From an uncultured candidatus Brocadiaceae bacterium (GTDB lineage Bacteria; Planctomycetota; UBA1135; UBA2386): a DNA stretch of 64,000 nucleotides. This document shows positions 9,097 through 17,821 of the stretch, piece after piece. The stretch's first letter is position 1; every line of letters begins with the position of its first letter. The notes under the pieces were generated by a model that had not been told where the DNA came from, did no database searches, and saw only the letters and a list, made by a program, of their open reading frames with translations. Position numbers and translations under genes: made by a program. Where the stretch lies: the NCBI GenBank assembly GCA_964538915.1, contig CAZIFB010000009.1, positions 51,506 to 115,505 on the forward strand, written 5' to 3'.

Positions 9097-10692
9097 ATGC
9101 ATCGCGCCCTTCCATTCGCCGCCTTGGCCGCCCTGGCCGTAGCTTCGCTCTCGGCCCAGGATCAAAAGGCCCAGCTCACGCAGTTGCGGAAGGAGGTCGC
9201 CGAGCTGTCCGACCGCCTCATCGCCGAGCGCGTCCGGCTGATGCAGGACCTGAAGGTCAACGGCAAGCAGCTGGACCCGAAGGAGGTCATGCGGGAAGCG
9301 GTCTACCTCACCGGCGGCAAGCTGGTCGAGGCGAAGGTCGCCAACTTCTTCATTCTCGAGGAGATGAAGCGTCAGGTGGAGTCGGGCAAGCGGAAGGCCG
9401 AGGAGTTCGTCGTCTCGGACGACGAGGTGATCGAGCAGCTCGGCCCGATGATGAACGACTTCGGTGCCAAGCACCCGGGCGTCGACTTCTGGGACGTCGT
9501 CCGGTCGCAGTACGGCCTGAATCGTGAGACGTTCCTCGAGCAGCGCAAGGAAGGCATCCTGTTCGACCGAGTGTTCTTCCCCGGCGCACCGAAGAACTGG
9601 CCCGACATCACGAAGGAAGCGATCAAGTCGCAGACGCAGGGGGCGCAGGGCGCGCAGTTCCTGGAGCAGATGGAGAAGGCGACCGAGGGAACGGACGACA
9701 AGGGTCAACCCCGCAAGCTGCCCGAGTTCTGGATCCAGATGATGCGCACCTTCGTGCAGAAGGGCCTGCGCGGCTGGAGCGACATCAAGTACGCGTCGAA
9801 CGGTCTGCCGGTCGAAACGGTCGTGCAGGTCAACGATCTGAGCTGGAGCACGGAGGAGGCGTTCGAGTTCGTCAAGAAGGGCCTGTTCATCCAGGACTTG
9901 GAGCGCGCCGTGCACGAGGTGCTGGTGCGCGAGGCGCTGCGCCAGGAACTCGTGAAGAAGGGCGCCTACCTCGCCGACGAGGCCTTCCAGCAGCGCTACG
10001 AGGAGTACCGGCAGCCGTACGACTCGACCCCGTTCACGGTCGAGATCATCGCGACGAAGTTCAAGGGCTACCCTTGCCTCGAAGCGTTCCGTTCGCGCTG
10101 GCGCCTCCTCGCGTCCTTCGGCGACATGATCAAGTCGGAGATCACCGACGAAGTGCTCCAGGCGCACGCCGACAAGTACGCGGCGTTCTTCGCCGACGGC
10201 CAGCTCAACCTCGACATCATCCCGTTCATGGCGCGCGACCCGAACTCCGGCGCATGGCAGCCGGACGGCATGGCGGCCGCGAAGCAGCGCTGCGAGGCGG
10301 TGTTCGCGTCGCTCGAGAAGCGCGAGATGACGTTCGAGCAGGCGATCGCCAAGCACACCGAGTTCTATGCCACGGACGAGAAGAAGGGGCGCCTCGGCCT
10401 GCTGCCGCTGAACCAGATCCGCCAGAATCTGCGCGAGAGCGAGTTCACGCAGCTGCACGACGGGTTCTCCCTGGCGCACTTCCTGTTCTTCGACGCCGAG
10501 GTCGGCAAGACGCTGGGCCCGTTGCAGAGCCCGGACGGCTACCTGATCGCGCGCATCAACTCGCGGACGCCGCCGCGCAAGCGGATCGACGTGAAGGACG
10601 AGCGTCAGCGCACGCTCGTTCGCGAGGAGTACGTGACGAACCGCTTCTTCGCGTGGGCCAACGAGGTCATCGGTCGCGCCAAGTTCGACTGA
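9097..10692 (+). CDS. Secreted SurA/PrsA-like peptidyl-prolyl isomerase/chaperone
   Basis: Signal ending LSAQ; FEQAIAKHTE..KKGRLG and GKTLGPLQSPDGYLI match the PpiC rotamase domain. Confidence 0.65.
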   Translation: MHRALPFAALAALAVASLSAQDQKAQLTQLRKEVAELSDRLIAERVRLMQDLKVNGKQLDPKEVMREAVYLTGGKLVEAKVANFFILEEMKRQVESGKRKAEEFVVSDDEVIEQLGPMMNDFGAKHPGVDFWDVVRSQYGLNRETFLEQRKEGILFDRVFFPGAPKNWPDITKEAIKSQTQGAQGAQFLEQMEKATEGTDDKGQPRKLPEFWIQMMRTFVQKGLRGWSDIKYASNGLPVETVVQVNDLSWSTEEAFEFVKKGLFIQDLERAVHEVLVREALRQELVKKGAYLADEAFQQRYEEYRQPYDSTPFTVEIIATKFKGYPCLEAFRSRWRLLASFGDMIKSEITDEVLQAHADKYAAFFADGQLNLDIIPFMARDPNSGAWQPDGMAAAKQRCEAVFASLEKREMTFEQAIAKHTEFYATDEKKGRLGLLPLNQIRQNLRESEFTQLHDGFSLAHFLFFDAEVGKTLGPLQSPDGYLIARINSRTPPRKRIDVKDERQRTLVREEYVTNRFFAWANEVIGRAKFD

Positions 10693-10734
10693 GCCGCCCG
10701 AGAAGTCCGGCGCTCGGCGCTCTAGCATGATCGC

Positions 10735-12612
10735 GTGACCGAGCCCGTCGACGACCCGCGGAAGGACTTCCGCGCGCTCCTTCGCCGCCTCTGGGCCGCG
10801 ATCGTCCGCTACAAGGGGATGGTTGCGGTCATGTTCGTGTTCGGCGTCTTCGAGGCGCTGTTCACGAAGCTGCCGCTGCTGCTGGTCCAGCCGCTGTTCT
10901 CCGCGCTCGGCGGCGCCGCGAAGCCGGCTGCTCCTTCACCCGAGCCCGGGCTCCGCGAGTCGGTCGAGCGCTGGTTCAACCAGTTCGCGGCGGACGTCGC
11001 GGGCTGGTTCGGCCTGTCGCTCGAGAAGCCGGGTATGGAGGTCGTGATCGCCTGCGCGGTGATCGCGGTCGTCTGCGGGTTGTGTGGCGCCGTCGCCATC
11101 TACCTGGTCCAGACCTACTCGCGTCTGTTCGCGGTGCGCATCGTCGCCGACCTGCGTGAGGACCTCGCCCGCCATTTCCTGAACCTGCCGCTGCGCTTCT
11201 ACGGCAGGCAGCGGATGGGGGAACTGATCAGCAAGGTCACGAACGACACGCAGGTGATGCAACGATCGTTCGAGCTGGCGGCCGACAACATCGTCGTCGA
11301 CCCGCTGCTCATCCTCGGCAACATGGCGATCATCGCCTTCTACCTGCCGGAGGCGATCTGGGTGTTGCTCGTGATGATCCCGCTGATGGGGATCCCGCTG
11401 TACCGGCAGGGCAGGCGGGTGCAGAAGCGCAGCAGCCGCAGTCTGCAGGCGATGGGGGAGACGACCGAGTCGCTCAACCAGATCCTCTCCGGCATCCGGA
11501 CCGTGAAGGCGTTCCAGCTCGAGGATCTGCGCTTCGAGGAGTTCCGTGCGAACACGGGCACGTTCCTCGACCGTACCCGGAAGATGCTGCGGGCGAAGGG
11601 GCTGTCGATGGCGCAGACGTTCGTCACGTACAACATCGGCTTCGCCGCCCTGCTCGTGGTCTTCGGGTGGGTCGTGCTGGTGAAGGGGGTCGGGTTCGCG
11701 GACGTGACCGCGGTCGTCGTGCCGCTTTCGACGACCTACCAGAACGTGAAGCGCCTGACCCGCTCGTGGCACGTCCTGATGGAGTCGGCAGGGGCACTGA
11801 AGGGCATCGAGGAACTGCTCGCGGTGGACGTCGACCACACCGGGGTCGGCGGTGCGCCGATGCCGGAACTCCGCGGCGACGTCCAGCTGCGCGACGTCTG
11901 GTTCTCGTACGGCGACGAGCCGGTGCTGCGCGGCATCGATCTCGACGTGCGAGCCGGACAGACGGTCGCGTTCGTCGGTTTGTCGGGCGGCGGCAAGTCG
12001 ACGCTGATGGATCTCCTGCTGCGTTTCCACGATCCGCAGCGTGGCTCGATCCTCGTCGACGGTCGGGATCTGCGCGAAGTGCGCCTCGCGGACTACCGCG
12101 CGCACACTGCGGTCGTGAGCCAGCAGCCTTTCCTGTTCAACACGACGATCGGCACGAACATCGCCTATGGCCGTCCCGGCGCGACTCGGGAACAGGTCGA
12201 GGCGGCGGCGCGAGCGGCGAACATCCACGACTTCGTCGTTTCCCTGCCGGCGGGTTACGACACGCCGGCCGGTGAGCGGGGCAGCAACCTCTCCGGCGGA
12301 CAGATGCAGCGCATCACGATCGCGCGGGCGATCCTCCGCGAGCCCGGGATCCTGTTCCTCGACGAAGCGACGTCCGCCCTCGACTCGGAGAGCGAGGGGC
12401 TCGTGCAGAAGGCGATCGACACGCTGCGCAAGGGGCGAACCTCGTTCGTCATCGCCCACCGACTGTCGACGATCCTCGACGCCGACCTGATCGTCGTCCT
12501 CGACAAGGGGCGGGTGGCCGAGTCGGGCACGCACGCCGAGCTGATCGCGAAGAACGGCGTCTACCGCCGCATGTACGAGCTGCAGATGGCGGGCGTGTCA
12601 GAGCGGCCCTAG
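10735..12612 (+). CDS. ABC transporter permease/ATP-binding protein, MsbA-like exporter
   Basis: N-terminal TM domain; GLSGGGKST (Walker A), LSGGQMQR, FLDEATSALD, AHRLST. Confidence 0.9.
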   Translation: MTEPVDDPRKDFRALLRRLWAAIVRYKGMVAVMFVFGVFEALFTKLPLLLVQPLFSALGGAAKPAAPSPEPGLRESVERWFNQFAADVAGWFGLSLEKPGMEVVIACAVIAVVCGLCGAVAIYLVQTYSRLFAVRIVADLREDLARHFLNLPLRFYGRQRMGELISKVTNDTQVMQRSFELAADNIVVDPLLILGNMAIIAFYLPEAIWVLLVMIPLMGIPLYRQGRRVQKRSSRSLQAMGETTESLNQILSGIRTVKAFQLEDLRFEEFRANTGTFLDRTRKMLRAKGLSMAQTFVTYNIGFAALLVVFGWVVLVKGVGFADVTAVVVPLSTTYQNVKRLTRSWHVLMESAGALKGIEELLAVDVDHTGVGGAPMPELRGDVQLRDVWFSYGDEPVLRGIDLDVRAGQTVAFVGLSGGGKSTLMDLLLRFHDPQRGSILVDGRDLREVRLADYRAHTAVVSQQPFLFNTTIGTNIAYGRPGATREQVEAAARAANIHDFVVSLPAGYDTPAGERGSNLSGGQMQRITIARAILREPGILFLDEATSALDSESEGLVQKAIDTLRKGRTSFVIAHRLSTILDADLIVVLDKGRVAESGTHAELIAKNGVYRRMYELQMAGVSERP

Positions 12613-13086
12613 CAGGGCGACGACCGTCGCGCGCATCGCCTCACTGCGCCCGATCGCGTCGACCTTCTCGCCGGTCTTTCCCTTCACGTTGACCCGATCG
12701 GCGGGCAGTTCGAAGAGTTGCGCGAGTCGCTCGCGCATCGCGCGTCGCATCGGCTGCAGCTTGGGCGCCTCGGTCTCGACGACGACGTCCATCGACAGGA
12801 CGCGCAGCCCTTCCTGGTGCACACGCACCATCGTTGCGGTGCAGAAGTCGGCCGACGCACGGCCGCGGTTGGCGGGGTCCTTGTCCGAGAACATGGTTCC
12901 CAGGTCGTCGAGACCGGCGGCGCCGAGCACCGCGTCGCACGCGGCGTGCAACACGGCGTCGCCGTCGCTGTGGCCGATCGGGCCGACCGGCGAACCCGGG
13001 AACGGCACGCCGGCGAGCGTACACGCGCGGCCGGCCTCCAGGCGGTGGACGTCGATGCCGAGACCGATGCGGGGCAGTTCGTTCAT
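12598..13086 (-). CDS. ispF: 2-C-methyl-D-erythritol 2,4-cyclodiphosphate synthase
   Basis: RIGLGIDVHR, GHSDGDAVLHA..DAVLGAAGLDDLG..F, VNVKGKT; start at MNELPR overlaps the ispD stop. Confidence 0.95.
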   Translation of the reverse strand: MNELPRIGLGIDVHRLEAGRACTLAGVPFPGSPVGPIGHSDGDAVLHAACDAVLGAAGLDDLGTMFSDKDPANRGRASADFCTATMVRVHQEGLRVLSMDVVVETEAPKLQPMRRAMRERLAQLFELPADRVNVKGKTGEKVDAIGRSEAMRATVVALLGPL

Positions 13087-13790
13087 GCGAGTCCGGCGGC
13101 GAGGATCGCTTCGGCGAGGGCGAGGTCCCCCGGGTGGGTGATCTTCAGGTTGGTGACGGCGCCCGGGACGACTGCGACGGGTTCGCCGAGTCGTTCGACG
13201 AGTGACACGTCGTCGGTGCCGTCGAAGCCGGCGCGCCGCGCCTCGTGGATCGCGCGCCGCAGCAGGTTCGTGCGCACGACCTGCGGCGTCTGCGCCTGCC
13301 AGACACCCGTGCGGTCGAGGGTCGCGGCGACCCGTCCGTCGGCGACGCGCTTCTGTGTGTCGGTGGCCGGAACGGCGAGCAGAGCGGCGCCGGTCCGCCT
13401 GGCTTCGGCGATGCACTCGCGCACCGCAGCGGTCGGCACGAGGGCGCGGGCGGCATCGTGCACGAGGACCACGTCGGCGTCGGCGTCGACCACGGAGAGG
13501 CCGTTCGTCATCGAGTCCTGCCTCGAGGCGCCGCCGTCGACGATGCGCACTGCGTGCGAGCCCGCGGCGCGTTCGATCGCTTCGAGACACGGCGCGAGGT
13601 GTGCCTTCCGATCGTCGGGGTGGACCACGAGGAGGATCTGCGCCTGTTCGCCGGCGTCGATCGCCGCGAGCAGGCGGCGTGCACTGTGCACGAGGAGCGC
13701 TTCACCACGGAGGCGCAGGAACGCCTTCGGTAGGGCGCCGCCGAAGCGGGTGCCGCGGCCGGCGGCGAGCAGCAACATGGCGACCTTCAC
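13083..13790 (-). CDS. ispD: 2-C-methyl-D-erythritol 4-phosphate cytidylyltransferase
   Basis: LLAAGRGTRFGG..PKAF, GGASRQDS, VLVHDAARAL, QAQTPQ, TDDVSLVE, NLKITHPGD; GTG start. Confidence 0.95.
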   Translation of the reverse strand: MKVAMLLLAAGRGTRFGGALPKAFLRLRGEALLVHSARRLLAAIDAGEQAQILLVVHPDDRKAHLAPCLEAIERAAGSHAVRIVDGGASRQDSMTNGLSVVDADADVVLVHDAARALVPTAAVRECIAEARRTGAALLAVPATDTQKRVADGRVAATLDRTGVWQAQTPQVVRTNLLRRAIHEARRAGFDGTDDVSLVERLGEPVAVVPGAVTNLKITHPGDLALAEAILAAGLA

Positions 13791-13798
13791 TCGGCGAG

Positions 13799-13808
13799 AC
13801 CTTACACT
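13799..13808. promoter_or_regulatory. Overlapping divergent -10 boxes for ispD and ruvC (candidate leaderless starts)
   Basis: TACACT (+, 13803-13808) lies 7 nt before the ruvC ATG; TAAGGT (-, 13804-13799) lies 8 nt before the ispD GTG; no SD room in the 25-bp gap. Confidence 0.6.
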
Positions 13809-13815
13809 CGTGCCG

Positions 13816-14415
13816 ATGGCGGTTGTGCGGATTCTGGGCATCGACCCGGGGACACGTGTCGTCGGTTTCGGCTGCCTCGAGATCACGGTCGGCGCGCCGG
13901 CCCGGCCGTCGCGTGCGGCGCCGCTCGCGATGCGCGGCAGCAACGTTGTGTCGGCTGCGGCCTCGTCGGGGTCGGACCTCCGCTTCGTGGAAGCGGGTGT
14001 GCTTCGGCTCGGCGGCCGCGACACCGAGCTGGACCGCCGGCTCTTGTCGCTCGCGGAGCAGTTCCGGTCCCTGGTGGACCGGCTTCGGCCGACGCAGATC
14101 GCGCTCGAGGAGGCGTTCGCCGGCAAGAGCGCCCAGGCCGCGCTGCGGATCGGCGAGGCTCGCGGTGTCGTGATCGCCGAATCGGCGCGCAACGGGCTCG
14201 GCGTGCACCAGTTCGCGCCGGCTCGCGTGAAGCGGAGCGTCACGGGCAATGGTGCGGCGAGCAAGGAGACCGTTGCGGCGATGGTGGATCAGCTCGTGCT
14301 CGGTGGTCGAGGGTCCGTGGCGCGCGGCTTGCCGGCCGACGCTTCCGATGCGGTTGCGGTCGCCCTGGCACTCGTCGAGATGCAGCGGTCGCCGCTCCAG
14401 ATGCTCGGCGGCTGA
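13816..14415 (+). CDS. ruvC: Crossover junction endodeoxyribonuclease RuvC
   Basis: ILGIDPG, ALEEAF, GEARGV, VKRSVTGNGAASKE, DASDAVAVA; catalytic acidic residues intact. Confidence 0.93.
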   Translation: MAVVRILGIDPGTRVVGFGCLEITVGAPARPSRAAPLAMRGSNVVSAAASSGSDLRFVEAGVLRLGGRDTELDRRLLSLAEQFRSLVDRLRPTQIALEEAFAGKSAQAALRIGEARGVVIAESARNGLGVHQFAPARVKRSVTGNGAASKETVAAMVDQLVLGGRGSVARGLPADASDAVAVALALVEMQRSPLQMLGG

Positions 14416-14637
14416 CGCGTGGCCATCGCGCAGACTCGCATTCGTCGCGCAGTCGGGGCTTGCAATGGAATCCGAGGCGCCGTCCAATCCCGCCCACGGT
14501 CAGCGAGGGCGATACGGTCGTTCTCGAGGCGGTTGGTGCGGGGCGGTTGCGCGATTCAGGTCGCCGCGGGCGCGGCGACCGCGCCGTCCGGCTCACGCGC
14601 TCGATTGCGACGGCTCGCGACGCGTGCGGAGGCATTG

Positions 14638-15597
14638 ATGATCCGAGGTCCCGTTCTCCCACACATGCGCGAGGCGCTGTGGGCACTGGTCTCGGTTCGA
14701 CTCGACGTGATCGAGCGCGGCCTCGTCCTGGTCGCCGAGGGCATCGATTGCAGCGCCGGCCACGCCGGGCCGGTCGACGGTCTGGCGCGCGACGCGAACG
14801 GGGCACCGGTCCTGCTGCTCGTAGCGACGGACAACGACGGACTCCTGCCAGCTCGCACGATCGCGGCATGCGACTTCCTGCAGCGCGTCGGTGATGCGTT
14901 CGGGGCGGCCGTGCCGGAAGGCAACTTCTGCGCGGGGCGCACCGGTCGCGTGATCGTCGTTTCGGGCGACGGTGGACGCGTCGCGATCGAAACGCTGCGT
15001 CGGCTGCCGCTCTCCGGCCTCGAAGCGTGCCGGCTCGAGGCGTTCCGTATCGGCGGTGCCGAACGCTTCGCGGTCCGATGGCTGCGCGCTGGCAATGCCG
15101 GGGCGGCCGAGGACGTCGCCCCTGCTTTCGAAGTGCCAGCCGCGTGTCGATCGGCCTGGGATGCGCTCGAAGCCGTCGCTCGCCGCATCGATCCGGCGGT
15201 TGCCGTCGATGGAGGACGCTTCTCCCGCCGGATCACCTGGCGCGGCCGCCTGCTCGGTGAGGTCGTGGCCGTCGACGGGGAGCTGCGAGCACTCGGATCC
15301 GACGGCGTCGCGCGAGGTTTGACCGGCGACCGCGATGTGCGGTCGTTCGCGGACTCCCTCGTGCGGCGCCATGCGCAGTTCACGGGGCTTGCGCCCATCG
15401 CGGCGCCGCGCGAAGCGCAAGGGACCGGTTCGACCGATCGCCTGCGCCCGCAGCGTGTGGAGACGCTCCGCGAGTCGTTGCAGGCCATGCGGATCTCGAC
15501 CGAAGAACGCACTGCCCTGGCAACCGGAATCGGCGACGAACTCGAAGACGGCGGAGCGGCCGCCGTCGAGGACGCCGCGCCAGGGCAGAACGAGTAG
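14638..15597 (+). CDS. Hypothetical protein with degenerate NucS/PD-(D/E)xK-like N-terminal domain
   Basis: LDVIERGLVLV..G....GPVDGLARDANGAPVLL follows the NucS-like pattern but lacks ExK; start uncertain (14638 or 14665). Confidence 0.5.
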   Translation: MIRGPVLPHMREALWALVSVRLDVIERGLVLVAEGIDCSAGHAGPVDGLARDANGAPVLLLVATDNDGLLPARTIAACDFLQRVGDAFGAAVPEGNFCAGRTGRVIVVSGDGGRVAIETLRRLPLSGLEACRLEAFRIGGAERFAVRWLRAGNAGAAEDVAPAFEVPAACRSAWDALEAVARRIDPAVAVDGGRFSRRITWRGRLLGEVVAVDGELRALGSDGVARGLTGDRDVRSFADSLVRRHAQFTGLAPIAAPREAQGTGSTDRLRPQRVETLRESLQAMRISTEERTALATGIGDELEDGGAAAVEDAAPGQNE

Positions 15598-15641
15598 CGA
15601 TGTCACGCCGGTAGTCGGGCGTTTCACGCCCGAGGAGGTGC

Positions 15642-16535
15642 TTGGAGACCGATCTTGAGTCGCGGAAGCCCGGAGGCTTCCTCGGGCGACTGTTCCGCCG
15701 CTCGTCGGTGGGGCCGTTGATCGAGGCGGAGGCTGTCGTCGTCGCTTGTGCCAGTGGAAAGGGTGGGACCGGCAAGTCGTTCCTGACGACGAATCTCGCC
15801 ATCGCCCTGCACCGAGCCGGCCGCCGTGTCGCCGTGGTCGACTGCGACTTCGGGCTCGCGAACGCGCATCTGCTGTTCGGCGTGAATCCCCGCTTCTCGA
15901 TGCAGCATCTGCTCGAGGGGGGCGTGCCGCTCGAGGACGTGCTGTGCGAGACGCCGCACGGGCCGACGCTGATCGCCGGCGGCTCCGGAGTCGTGAGCAT
16001 GGCGGAACTCGGAGCGCGCCACATGCAGGTCCTGGCGCGCGCGCTGCACCGTGTCGCGATGTCGTTCGACTACGTCCTGCTCGATTGCCCCGCCGGGCTC
16101 GCGCCGCAGTCGATGGTCACGGTCCTCGCGGCGGATCACATCGTCCTGGTGACCAATCCCGAGATCGCTGCTCTCACCGATGCTTATGCGCTGATCAAGT
16201 GCCTGGCGAGGCAGCCGCGTCATCCCGATCTCGGGATCGTCGTGAATCGTGTCTCGACGCCGGGCCTCGGACGCACGACGTTCGATCGGCTGGCCGAGGT
16301 TTCCCGCCGTTTTGCCGCATGCTCGATCCACTACGTCGGGGAGGTGCCCGAGGATCCTGCCGTGACGCAGCGGCGACTGGGGCAGCCGCCCGTTCTCGTG
16401 TCGTTGGCCGAATGTCCCACCGCGAAGGCGATCCTCTCGATCGAAGCGCAGATCGAAGCGGTGACCCATCCCGTCCGCACCTCTCGGCGGGCGGGGGTCG
16501 AAGAGAGGATGATGGAACAGCTTCGACGTTGGTGA
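15642..16535 (+). CDS. MinD/ParA family ATPase, FlhG/FleN-like
   Basis: SGKGGTGKS deviant Walker A, VDCDFGLANAHLLFG, LLDCPAG, PEIAALTDAYALIK; TTG start with GAGGAGG SD. Confidence 0.85.
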   Translation: METDLESRKPGGFLGRLFRRSSVGPLIEAEAVVVACASGKGGTGKSFLTTNLAIALHRAGRRVAVVDCDFGLANAHLLFGVNPRFSMQHLLEGGVPLEDVLCETPHGPTLIAGGSGVVSMAELGARHMQVLARALHRVAMSFDYVLLDCPAGLAPQSMVTVLAADHIVLVTNPEIAALTDAYALIKCLARQPRHPDLGIVVNRVSTPGLGRTTFDRLAEVSRRFAACSIHYVGEVPEDPAVTQRRLGQPPVLVSLAECPTAKAILSIEAQIEAVTHPVRTSRRAGVEERMMEQLRRW

Positions 16536-16885
16536 GCCCCGGGCGCCGGCGCGTGCTTCTGAGCGTCTGGGCGTTCCTGGTGTTCGCCCTGGCCGTGCGC
16601 GCGCTGGCTAGAGGGCTCTTGCCCGCCGACGCGTCCGGCGCCGTGGAACTGCGTCCCGTTCTCGTCGACGTCAATCGGGCAAGTGTCGGGGACCTGATGT
16701 CCTTGCCCTCGATCGGTGCGGTTCGAGCGGAGGCCATCGTCCTCGAGCGGATTCGCCGTGGTCCGTTCCGTTCTCTCGACGACATCGACCGTGTGGATGG
16801 CCTGGGTCCCGGAGCCTGCGAGAGTCTGCGTGACCTGGTGACGTTCGGAGGCCTCGGCGAGGCCTCGGGTCGTCCGCGAGACTGA
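16532..16885 (+). CDS. ComEA-family helix-hairpin-helix DNA-binding protein
   Basis: TM helix, then VDVNRAS..DLMSLPSIG..RAEAI..R...GPFRSLDDIDRVDGLG; GTG overlaps the upstream stop. Confidence 0.85.
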   Translation: MSPGRRRVLLSVWAFLVFALAVRALARGLLPADASGAVELRPVLVDVNRASVGDLMSLPSIGAVRAEAIVLERIRRGPFRSLDDIDRVDGLGPGACESLRDLVTFGGLGEASGRPRD

Positions 16886-16936
16886 TGTCGTCGCGGTGCG
16901 AGGCCGCCGGTATTCGTGTAGTCTCCCGCGGGTCGC

Positions 16937-17821
16937 ATGGATGCGTACGCCACCGAAGTCCGAAGCAGCGTGCGCCGCGCACTTGCGGAGGACCTCGGTA
17001 GAGACGACCTGAGCCTGCAGGGCGATCTGACGACCAGACTGGCGTTGCCGCAGCGCCGCCGCGGTCGGGCGCGCATCGTCGCGAAGGCGGATGGCGTGCT
17101 CGCCGGCGTCGACTGCGCGGTGGTGTGCTTCCGGTTGTTGGACGCCGATGCGCAGATCGACGTTCGCGTGAAGGACGGCCAGTCTTTTCGAAGAGGCGAC
17201 CTGCTGCTGCACGCCGAAGGCGACATGGCGGCCCTGCTGGCCGCTGAACGGACAGCGCTCAACTTCCTGCAGCGGTTGACCGGGGTCGCCACTCGTACCC
17301 GCGCGTTCGTGGACGCCGTTGCGAACACCGGCGCCAGGATCCTGGACACGCGGAAGACGACGCCGGGACTGCGGCACCTCGAGAAGCACGCCGTTGCCTC
17401 CGGAGGCGGGAGCAACCACCGGATCGGCCTGTTCGATCAGGTTCTGCTGAAGGAGAACCACTTCGGGTTTGCGCTCCCCCTCGCCTACGAGGAGGTCGTG
17501 CGTCGTTGTGTCCTCGGCCAGTCCGCTCCGGTGGTCGCCGAGGCCCGAACCGTCAACGAGGCGGTTGCCGCGGTCCGCGGCGGCGCCGGGGTCGTCTTGC
17601 TCGACAACTTCGCTCCGGGGGATCCGCTTCGGGCCGCCGTCACGGCGGTCCGTGCCGAAGCGCGTCGAATGGGTTCGACGGTGGAGGTCGAAGCCTCCGG
17701 AGGCGTCGATCTCTCGACGGTAAGGGCTTTCGCCGAGTGCGGGGTCGATCGCATTTCCGTCGGCGGCTTGACTCATTCTGCGCCAGCCGTCGACTTGTCG
17801 ATGCTCGTCGAGGGCGTCTGA
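16937..17821 (+). CDS. nadC: Nicotinate-nucleotide pyrophosphorylase (carboxylating)
   Basis: ALAEDLG..D, ERTALNFLQRLTGVAT.T, LDTRKTTPGLR.LEK.AV..GGG.NHR.GL.D..L.KENH, EASGG, ISVGGLTHSA..VDLSM. Confidence 0.96.
   Translation: MDAYATEVRSSVRRALAEDLGRDDLSLQGDLTTRLALPQRRRGRARIVAKADGVLAGVDCAVVCFRLLDADAQIDVRVKDGQSFRRGDLLLHAEGDMAALLAAERTALNFLQRLTGVATRTRAFVDAVANTGARILDTRKTTPGLRHLEKHAVASGGGSNHRIGLFDQVLLKENHFGFALPLAYEEVVRRCVLGQSAPVVAEARTVNEAVAAVRGGAGVVLLDNFAPGDPLRAAVTAVRAEARRMGSTVEVEASGGVDLSTVRAFAECGVDRISVGGLTHSAPAVDLSMLVEGV

Noticed and set aside
12598-12612. 15-bp convergent overlap of the ABC transporter and ispF 3' ends (also dacB with the barrel gene at 953-963)
   Set aside because: Common in compact high-GC genomes; no further signal
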